NCBI GenBank assembly: GCA_963842525.1 | Contig: CAWJGT010000003.1 | Coordinates: 1,600,001 to 1,664,000, forward strand | Source of the DNA: an uncultured Holophagales bacterium | GTDB taxonomy: Bacteria; Acidobacteriota; Thermoanaerobaculia; Multivoradales; UBA5704 | Direction: 5' to 3' | Length of the DNA: 64,000 nt | Shown here: one piece after another, positions 55,157-64,000 of the stretch | Layout: each line of letters starts with the position of its first letter | Position numbering within the stretch: position 1 is the stretch's first letter | Translations under genes and position numbers: made by a program | Notes under the pieces: generated by a model | Told to the model about the DNA's origin: nothing | The model's database searches: none | Seen by the model: only the letters and a program-made list of their open reading frames with translations

Positions 55157-58100
55157 ATGAATCTCTGGAAGCATCGGTACCGCGCTGCGGCGTTCGTCGG
55201 TCTCGCTCTGGTCTCCCTCCTCGTATTCTTCGGCGGAGGGCTCGGGCCTCTGCTGCGGCCGGCCTTCGCCACTCTGGCCGGAAAGGAAACCCCTCCTGTG
55301 GATGTCGACTTGACTGCTGCCTGGAAGGAGATCGAACGCCTCATCGAGGAGGAGAAGCTGGAGGAGGCTTCGGCGGCGACGGCCAAAGTGCTGGCCGCGG
55401 CCCGCGATGCGGGCGACGCGGAGGACTGGACCCGGGCGCTCATCCAGCAGGTGCAGCTCCGCATGGCCCTCCATGGCTATGCGACCGCGGTCCGCTTCCT
55501 GCGCGAGGAGCCGTGGCCGTCCGATCCCCTCCATCGCGCGGCACTTGGCCTCTTCTACGCGCATTCGCTGGCGGGCTACTACGACGCGTATCGGTGGGAG
55601 GTCGACCAGCGCGAGCGCGTCGAGCACCCTCCGGGCGCGGTGCCCGCTCTCGAGACGTGGACGCGGGACGAGATCTTTGCCGCGGCGGTCGGCGCCTACC
55701 TGGAGGTCTGGAACGATCGCGAGCGGCTGTCGGAGATCCCGGTCTCGCGTCTGGCCCGCTACCTGGAGCCGAACGATTATCCCGAGGGCATCCGCGGCAC
55801 CCTGCGCGACGCCGTCTCCTACCTCTTCGTCGAGCTGTTGGCGAATACCGCGGCCTGGAGCCCGCAGGAGCTGTCCGAGGGGGCGGGTCTCGACCTGCGC
55901 CGCCTGCTGGCCGACGAGGTGACGGCCGATCTGGCGGATCCGGAGGTCCATCCGCAGGAGAAGCTCGCCGCGGTGCTGGCGGACCTGGAGGCATGGCACC
56001 TGGACGAGGGGAACCGGGCCGCAGCTCTGGAAGCCCGGCTGGAGCGCGTGCGCCGCCTGCGCTCCGCAGCCGCGACGGATGAGGACAGCCTTCTGCTGCG
56101 CCGCGACCTCGAAGGACGGCTTCCCGCCTTCCGCGACACCTCCTGGTGGTCCATGGGGATGGCCGAGCTGGCGGAGCTCGTCCAGGGCGAATCGAGCCCC
56201 GACCACCTGGTGCGCGCCCGCGAGATCGCTCTGGAGGGAGCCCAGGCTGCTCCGGATACTCCAGGTGCGGTCCGTTGCCGCGACCTCGTGGAATCGATCG
56301 AGGCGCCGCACTATCAGGTGCAGGGCATGCTGAGCGACGGCCTCGACCGGCGCTCGCTGCGGGTCAGCCACAAGAACCTGCCGGCCCTCCACTTCCGCGC
56401 CTTCCGGATCGATCCGGTGCGCCGTTTCGAGAAGGAGCGCGTCCAGCAGCTCTTCCAAATGCAAGACCTCGGGAGCTTCCTGCGGGGCCACCGGCCCGAC
56501 GCGGCGTGGACGACCGAGCTGCCGCCGACGCCTGATTACGAGGTCCACACCACCTACGTGGTGCCACCCATCCGAAAGCCCGGGGCCTATGTGATTGTGG
56601 CCTCGGCGCGCGAGGACTTTGCCGCCGAGAACAACCTGTGGATCGCCTCGGGCCTGTTTCTGGGCGACCTCGTCCTGGTGACGCATCACCCGGGCGGACG
56701 GGATCTGGAAGTGACCGCGCTCTCCGGCGAGACCGGCCGGCCGATTCCCGGCGCCGAGGTGCGGCTCTATGAGCGCAACTGGCAGACCGGTCCGATCCTG
56801 CGCGAGACCCGGACCACCGGCGCGGACGGCCGCGCCGTGCTGTCGCACCGGTCCCGCCAGAGCCATTTCGTGCTCGGCCTCCGCGGCGAGGACGTCGCCT
56901 TGTTCGAACGCTACCCCGCGTACGACCGTCCGGAGGACCGCGGCGAAGGGGCCTCGCTGATCTACACCGACCGCGCCATCTACAGGCCGCAGCAGAAGCT
57001 CTTCTGGAAGGTGCTCGCCTACCGCGGCCGGCGCTCGGAAGGAAAGCTTTCTGCCGCGACCGGCAGGGCGCTGACCCTGTCTCTGATCGACCCCAACGGC
57101 CAGGAGGTCGCCTCCCGGACAGTGACGACCAACGAATTCGGCACGGCGGCAGGAGATTTCGTCATCCCGCCGGGCCGACCCCTGGGTGCCTGGTCGCTGC
57201 GCAGCTCCCTTGACGGCTGGGCCCAGGTCCGTGTCGAGGAGTACAAGCGGCCGACGTTCGAGGTCGTCCTCGACGACCCGCCGGCGCCGCCCCGCCTGGG
57301 CAGCCCCTCCGCCTTCACCGGCCACGCCCGCTACTACTTCGGCCTGCCGGTGGTGAGCGGCAAGGTGCGCTGGAAGGCTACGCGCGAGCCGGTCTACCCC
57401 TGGTGGTGGTCCTGGTGGTCTTCCCCCGGCCGCGGCCAGGAAGGCCGTATCGTGGCCGGCGGCACGGCGGAGCTGGCCGAGGACGGCTCCTTCCGCATCG
57501 AATTCACGCCGCAGCCGGAGACGAAGGGCGATGCCAAGGAAATCACCTACCGCTATCGGATCGCGGCCGAGGTGACCGACGAAGGAGGAGAGACCCGCGA
57601 CGCCTCCCGCGTCTTCCGGCTCGGCCGGATCAACGTCGAGGCGGCCATCGACCGGCCGTCCGACTTCTTCCGCGCAGGCCGCCCGGCGGCGGTCACCATC
57701 GTGCGGCGGGATCTGGACGGCGTGGCGCGCCCCGGCGAAGGAGCCTGGACGCTCGTCGAGGTGCGCCAGCCGGAGCGTGCTCCATTGCCGGCCGACCTGC
57801 CGCGGACCGAGCCTGTGCCCCAGGACGCCTATCGCACGCCGGGCGACGCCCTTCGCCCACGCGAAGAGTCCTCGAGCTATGCGCCCCGCGAGGTCCTGCG
57901 GCTCTGGCCGGACGGCCGCCGGGTTTCCAGCGGCACGCTGCGGCATGGCGCGGACGGCAAGGCGGAGGTGTCCCTGCCGAAACTGGCACCCGGTGTCTAC
58001 CGGCTGCGCTACGAGACGCGCGACGACCAGGGCGCCCGGTACGAGACGTCCCAGGAGCTGATCGTGGCCGGCGAGAAAACACCTCTCGCCCTGCCGGCTG

Positions 58101-61100
58101 TTCTGGAGGTCGACCGCTCCGAAGCCCGGGTCGGCGGCACGATCCGCCTGCTGGCGGGCTCGGCCCTGCCGGAGCAGATCTCCTTCCTGGAGATCTACCG
58201 GGACGGCGACCTGATCGACCGGAGGGAGCTCGCCGGCGAAAGAGCCCTTGCGCTCATCGAGATCCCGGTCCGCGAAGCCGACCGCGGCGGTCTCGGCTTC
58301 CGTCTGGTGACCCTGCGCGACCACCAGCTCCTCACGCCTGTCGCTCAGGTCTTCGTGCCCTGGGACGACCGGGAGCTGGAGGTCCAGCTCTCAACCTTCC
58401 GCGACAAGGTCCGTCCGGGGGCGCGCGAGACCTGGACGGTGATGGTGCGCTCTCGCCAGGGAGCTGGCGCGCCGTCCGAAGCCGCCGCGGCCGAGGTCCT
58501 GGCGGCCATGGTCGACCGCAGCCTCGACCTGTTTGGGCCCTACGCTCCCCCGGACCCTCTCTCCCTCTTCCCCAACCGGACAGCCCTCGACACCGTCCAG
58601 TCCAACCTCGGCCGCCTCACGACCGTGGGCGGCGACCAGAACGATTGGGGACCGCGCCAGCAGTGGCGCGGGTTGCGTGGGGACCGGCTGCGGGGCATCG
58701 AGGGCTATGGAATCGGAGGCCCGGGCTCCCGGAGATTGAAGAAGGCCGGGGTCCAGACTCTTGGGTATGCTACGGAGCCGCAGCCGGCTCCTGCCCCCCA
58801 AGCTGCTACGCGTGAGGGATTCGCCGACGCCGTGATGGTCTCCGCCCCGGCACCGGTCCTGGACGAGCGCCGCATTTCCACCGCGTCCACCGTCAGCGGA
58901 ACCGAGGCGCCTGCGCCCCGGCTGCGGTCCGACTTCGCCGAGACCGCGTTCTGGCAGCCGCAGCTCCGCACCGGCCGGGACGGCTCGGCAGCGATCGAAT
59001 TCACCGTTCCCGACTCGGTGACCTCCTGGTGGGTCTGGGTACACGCCCTGACGCAGGACTTCCGCTCCGGCTCCGTGCGCCGGCAGGCCGAAAGCGTCCA
59101 GGAGCTGATGGTCCGTCCCTACGTGCCGCGCTTCCTGCGCGAAGGCGACCGCGCCGAGCTGGCTGTCGTCGTCAACAACGCCTCGGACGCGCCGATGCGC
59201 GGCCAGGTGGAGCTGGACATCGTCGATCCGCGCACAAACGAGAGCCTGCTCGCCGAATTCGGCCTGGGTCCTGGGGACATCCGCCGGCCCTTCTCCGCGA
59301 AGGCCACCGGCTCGGACCGCGTGACCTTTGCCATCACCGCACCGAGCCGGGTGGGGGAGGTGGCCTTCAAGGTCACGGCCTCGGCCGGCGACCTGAGCGA
59401 CGGCGAGCTGCGCCCGGTACCTGTGCTGCCGTCGCGCCTCCACCTCGCCCAGTCGCGGTTCGCGACGCTCCACGGCAAGGAGAGGCGGGAGCTGACCTTC
59501 GCCGATCTCGCCCGTAACGACGACCCGACGCGGATCGACGAGCAGCTCGTGGTCACCCTGGACGCCCAGCTCTTCTACAGCGTCCTCCAGGCCCTGCCCT
59601 ATCTGGTCGACTACCCCTACGAGTGCACCGAGCAGACCCTCAACCGGTTCCTTTCGACCGGCATCGTCGCCGGCCTCTTCGACCGCTATCCGGCGGTGGC
59701 GAAGATGGCGGCCGGGATGGCGAAGCGCGACACGCTCTTCGAGACCTGGGACTCGGCCGATCCCAACCGTAAGATGGCGCTGGAGGAGACCCCTTGGCTT
59801 CAGATGGCGCGCGGCGGCATGCAGGACGGCGAGGACCCCGGCCTGATCCGGATCCTGGACCCCCGGATCGCCCGCGCCGAGCGCGACGCCGCCCTTGCCA
59901 AGCTCGTCAAGGCGCAGCTCCCCGACGGCTCCTTCCCCTGGTGGCCGGGCGGCCCGCCATCCGACTACATGACCCTCTACATCCTCTATGGCTTCGCCAA
60001 GGCCGCCGAGATGGGCGTCGAGCTGCCGCGCGAGCCGGTGCAGAAAGGCTGGAGCTACCTCGCGCAGCGCTACCGCTCCGAGTACGCGCCGGCCATCGGC
60101 AAGCAGGACGGCTGCTGCGTCGAGACCCTGACCTTCCTCAACTACGTGGCCTCGGCCTATCCCGACCCCTCCTGGATGGGAGAGGCGCTCACGGCCGACG
60201 AGCGGAAGCGCATCCTCGACGTACAGCTTCCGCCACTGGAAGGAGCACTCCCCCTATCTGAAGGGGATGCTCGCCCTGACTCTGCGCCGCATGGGCCGGC
60301 CGGACGACGCCCGGCTGGTCTTCGACAGCGTCATGGACTCGGCGAAGACCACGCCGGACGAGGGGACCTTCTGGCTGCCCGAGGAGCGCTCCTGGCTCTG
60401 GTACAACGACACCATCGAGACCCACGCCTTCGCCCTGCGCACCCTCGCCGAGCTGCGGCCGGACGACCCGCGCCGGCACGGCCTGGTGCAGTGGCTCTTC
60501 CTCAACAAGAAGCTCAACCATTGGAAGTCGACCCGCGCCACGGCCGAGGTGCTCTACGCCCTGGTCCACTACCTGGAGAAGGAAGGCCAGCTCGGCGTCC
60601 GCGAGGCCGCCACCGTCCGGGTGGCCGGCCAGGCCACGACCTTCACCTTCGAGCCGGACCGCTACACCGGCAAGAAGAACCAGATCGTCGTGCCCGGGGA
60701 GAAGATCGATCCGCGCGACCGCCTCGACCGTCGTGGTCGAGAAGGAGACACCCGGCCTGATGTTCGCCTCGGCCACCTGGCACTTCTCGACCGAAGAGCT
60801 GCCGAAGGAAGAGAGCGGCGACCTCTTCCACGTCTCGCGGCGCTATTTCCGCCGGGTCCAGAAACAGAAAGAGATCGTCCTGGAGCCCCTGGCGGCGGGC
60901 GACGTCCTCCATCCGGGAGACGAGGTGGAGGTCCAGCTCTCGATCCGCAGCAAGGCGTCGGCGGAGTACGTCCACCTGCGCGATCCGCGGCCGGCCGGCC
61001 TGGAGCCGGGTGCCGTCGTCTCCGGCTACCGCTGGGACCTGGGGATCGCCCGGTACGAGGAGACCCGCGACAGCGGCACCAACTTCTTCTTCGAGGACCT

Positions 61101-61255
61101 GCCCGGCCGGCGAATACACCTTCAAGTACCGCCTGCGCGCCAACATGGCCGGCACCTTCCGCACCGGCCCGGCGACCCTGCAGTCGATGTACGCCCCCGA
61201 GTTCACCGCCTATTCGACGGGGACGGTGATCCGGGTGGGGGCGGGGGAGCCGTGA
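55157..61255 (+). CDS. Alpha-2-macroglobulin family protein (frameshifts ~60221, ~60718, ~61105)
   Basis: YTDRAIYRP, VEEYKRPTFEV, LRSDFAETAFW, PRFLREGD, YPYECTEQ thioester motif, QSMYAPEF. Confidence 0.92.
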
Positions 61256-61416
61256 CATTGCGTGCCTCCGGAGGGCAACCGCGTGGGCCAACCTGGCCTT
61301 CCCTTCCTGAAGGCACCGAGCGTTCGCAGAAAAGCTCGGCGACGCTGGATCGCCTCTACGCGCGCCCATTGTCCATCGCTTGACCGGCAGGTCGGTGCTC
61401 CGTAGGATCGACGGGC

Positions 61417-61644
61417 ATGGATTACCACGACCGGATCGTCATCGACCCCCAGATCCGCTTTGGGAAGCCCACTGTTCGTGGGACGCGCATCACGGTCGGC
61501 GATGTCCTCTCCTACCTGGCCTCGGGGATGAGCGAAGACGAGATTCTCGCGGATTTCCCGTCGCTCGCGCGCGAGGATATCCGCGCCTGTCTCGCGTACG
61601 CCGCCGAGCGGGAGCGCATCCTCTGGAGCGTTCCCGCTGCCTGA
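61417..61644 (+). CDS. DUF433 antitoxin
   Basis: IDPQIRFGKPTVRGTRITV...ILADFPSL..EDIRACLAYA. Confidence 0.92.
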   Translation: MDYHDRIVIDPQIRFGKPTVRGTRITVGDVLSYLASGMSEDEILADFPSLAREDIRACLAYAAERERILWSVPAA

Positions 61645-61760
61645 GCTCGGCCCCAAGCTCCTCCTCGATGAGAACCTGGCACCGCGCCTGGCCTCCACCC
61701 TGGCCGATCTCTATCCCGGCTCGGCCCATGTGCGCTACGCGGGGCTTGAGGGCGCGCGCT
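61637..61760 (+). pseudogene. Truncated DUF5615 PIN-like toxin
   Basis: KLLLDENLAPRL...LYPGSAHVR..GLEGA, then similarity is lost. Confidence 0.75.
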
Positions 61761-61939
61761 CTGGGCTGATCTACGGCAACACCTTGAAAATTCGGAGCAC
61801 CTCTCCGAGATGTCACGCCGGAACCGAGTCGTACCCGACGCTGGCTCCGCGGCTCCGCGCCGTGGCCCTGCTTTGGCGGCTATCCTGGTGCCGCGTCGCG
61901 GTCGAGATCGAGGCGGTGTTCGAGGTTCGCTGAGAGGTT

Positions 61940-62902
61940 TCAGCTCCAGCATCGCTCGCGTAACAAGCGGTCCTGCAGCTCTTTTAACTCGCCGGCCCCC
62001 ATGGCGGCCAGGCCCGCCTCCCGCTCCGCGTCGATCCCGATCTCAAACGCTTGGCACAGGGCTCGGATCGCTTCGCGCAGCCCCGCGGCGCGACCTTCGC
62101 GCAGCCCCGCATCATGGCCTTCGCGCAACCCCTCTTCACGCCCTTCTTCACGCCCTTCTTCGCGCCCTTGCCGTTCGGCCAGACTGAGGGCGCCGCGCGC
62201 ATCCTGCTCGGCGATCTTCGCGCGGTCGTACAGGTCGAGCTCATCTGCGCTGAAACCTGCCATGCGGGCCACCTCCAGCGCCTCGCGGTACGGCGGCACG
62301 GACAAGGCCGGTGGCACCACTGTGAGGTTTTCGGCCTCACGAAAAAGGTAGGCCCAGCAGTCGATCGTCCCCTCCGGGTCGTCGCCAGATGCGTACTTCG
62401 GCAGCTCCAGGAACACGTACTGCACCTGCGAAAGGCCCAAGGCCCCGCCATGCTGCTCCTGCATCCGCCAACGGCTCAGCAACGGCACCGGCGCGCCACC
62501 CGGCACCGGCGGCCCGGGCCAGAGCAGGAAATCGCAGATCGTCACCCCTACCACGTCGTCGAGGCCGGGGTAGCCCTCCCCGGTGCGCAGTTGCATGACG
62601 TAGGCCTTGGAGGTGTTGTAGACCACCCGCTTTTCGAATCCCTCGACGTTGAGCACCTGCATCTCGACCACGTAGTGGCGTCCGCGCTCGTCGAAGCACT
62701 TGACGTCCACCAGCGACAGCTTCAGCTCTTCGACCGGCACATGCTGCTCGGGGGAGAGGTACTTGAGGTCGACGATCCGGTGGTCTCCTTCGAGCTCCAG
62801 GAGGGCGTTGAGCAGCTCGATGAGGAGAGGTTTGTGCACCTCGCTGCCGAAGATGCGTTTGAAGACGAAGTCGGTCTTGGGATCCGCGAATACCGGCCGC
62901 AT
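61940..62902 (-). CDS. Rpn family / PD-(D/E)XK nuclease-2 protein
   Basis: DFVFKRIFG, VDVKC, VVEMQ, FLELPK, C-terminal EGREEGREEG repeats. Confidence 0.92.
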   Translation of the reverse strand: MRPVFADPKTDFVFKRIFGSEVHKPLLIELLNALLELEGDHRIVDLKYLSPEQHVPVEELKLSLVDVKCFDERGRHYVVEMQVLNVEGFEKRVVYNTSKAYVMQLRTGEGYPGLDDVVGVTICDFLLWPGPPVPGGAPVPLLSRWRMQEQHGGALGLSQVQYVFLELPKYASGDDPEGTIDCWAYLFREAENLTVVPPALSVPPYREALEVARMAGFSADELDLYDRAKIAEQDARGALSLAERQGREEGREEGREEGLREGHDAGLREGRAAGLREAIRALCQAFEIGIDAEREAGLAAMGAGELKELQDRLLRERCWS

Positions 62903-62980
62903 GGAGATATCTTACTCCAAGACAGCATCTGGCCTGCCCTATCCGCATCCCGCCCCACGAGCGGAGCCCCCCAGGCACCC

Positions 62981-63274
62981 GCCGAATACGTCCACCTGCG
63001 CGACCCGCGGCCGGCCGGCCTGGAGCCGGGCATCGTCGTCTCCGTCTACCGCTGGGAGGCGGGCGTCTTCTGGTATCAGGAAACGCGCGACAGCGCCACC
63101 AACTTCTTCGTCGAAGACCTCCCTGCCGGCGAGTACACCCTGAAGCACCGTCTGCACGCCAACATCGCCGGCGCCTTCCGCACCGGCCCGGCCACCCTGC
63201 AGTCCATGTACGCTCCCGAGCTCACCGCCTATTCGACGGGCGCGGTGATCCGGGTGGGGGAGAGGGGGCCTTGA
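62981..63274 (+). pseudogene. Orphan diverged duplicate of the last ~97 codons of the alpha-2-macroglobulin gene
   Basis: Aligns to 60961-61255; open frame, own stop, no start. Confidence 0.9.
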
Positions 63275-63275
63275 T

Positions 63276-63319
63276 TTTACTCAGTGCCCTGAGTAAATTT
63301 ACTCAGTGTCTTGAGTAAA
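63276..63319. promoter_or_regulatory. Tandem 22-bp palindromic operator-like sites
   Basis: TTTACTCA-N6-TGAGTAAA twice back to back, 6 bp before the ATG at 63326. Confidence 0.75.
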
Positions 63320-63325
63320 TCGTCG

Positions 63326-64000
63326 ATGGAGTTCACTCGTCCCCAAGCCGCCGTTCTCGCCCGTCGACTCGCGGAGCCGCGGCGGCTCATCCAGGCCGTC
63401 ACGGGGCCGCGCCAGGTGGGAAAGACCACTCTGGTCGTGCAGGTCGCCGAGGCTTCCGGCCTCCCGATGCGCTTTGCCAGCGCCGATGAGCCTACCCTTC
63501 GCGAGCGTTCGTGGATCGAGCAGCAGTGGGAGGCCGCTCGCCTTCTGGCGCTGGATGCCGGTGAAGAGGGCGCGGTGCTCATCCTCGATGAGATCCAGAA
63601 GATGCCCGGCTGGTCGGAGTCGGTGAAGCGCTTGTGGGACGAAGACACGCGGGCCCGCTGCTCGCTCAGGGTGGTCGTGCTCGGCTCCGCGCCCCTTCTA
63701 GTCCAGGTGGGGCTGACCGAGACCCTTGCCGGCCGCTTCGAGACCCTGCGACTGCCTCACTGGTCGTTCCCTGAGATGCGCGAGGCGTTCGGTTGGTCAT
63801 TAGATCAGTATCTCTTTTTTGGCGGCTATCCGGGCGCCGCTCCGCTGATCGGCGAGCCCGAGCGCTGGGCTCGTTACGTGCTCGATTCACTCATCGAGAC
63901 GACGATTTCCCGCGATGTCCTGCTGCTGTCGCGCGTCGACAAACCGGCCCTCCTGCGCAGGCTTTTCGAGCTCGGATGCCGCTACTCCGGGCAGATCCTG
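63326..64000 (+). CDS. AAA_14 / DUF4143-type ATP-binding protein (runs off window)
   Basis: MEFTRPQ..., GPRQVGKTTL, ILDEIQK, LGSA, LAGRFE, FGGYPG; missing from the ORF track because no stop in window. Confidence 0.88.
   Translation, partial: MEFTRPQAAVLARRLAEPRRLIQAVTGPRQVGKTTLVVQVAEASGLPMRFASADEPTLRERSWIEQQWEAARLLALDAGEEGAVLILDEIQKMPGWSESVKRLWDEDTRARCSLRVVVLGSAPLLVQVGLTETLAGRFETLRLPHWSFPEMREAFGWSLDQYLFFGGYPGAAPLIGEPERWARYVLDSLIETTISRDVLLLSRVDKPALLRRLFELGCRYSGQIL

Overview
High-GC bacterial chromosomal segment. Gene content and the lysS-lolC/E-lolD-clpC-bamA-skp-lpxD-fabZ-lpxA order suggest Acidobacteriota, probably Thermoanaerobaculia (inference). Many single-base frameshifts fall in essential genes and look like long-read assembly errors. 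Contents: (1) a sulfatase/UbiA/PEP-utilising enzyme operon, with likely partner lipid genes (DUF3419, dolichol/phytol-kinase-like, HAD) at 13-20 kb on the opposite strand; (2) a Ser/Thr kinase - FHA/sigma54 activator - sigma54 promoter - secreted FG-GAP protein module, preceded by a ~680 bp array of GTCGCA/TGCGAC hexamers phased at ~21 bp; (3) shuffled Uma2 nuclease cassettes; (4) the envelope/lipid A operon; (5) a mobile island (IS110 cut by IS21, stand-alone Clp-N protein, apparently intact group II intron, truncated acyl-CoA dehydrogenase); (6) a TIR-STAND-WD40 protein followed by a compact ATP-grasp (graspetide-type) RiPP locus with two related precursor peptides flanking the ligase, the best candidate for an undescribed system; (7) a nucleotidyltransferase plus a ligase-less Pnkp; (8) alpha-2-macroglobulin with a duplicated 3' end bracketing TA and Rpn cassettes. 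All calls come from reading the sequence; no database searches were run.
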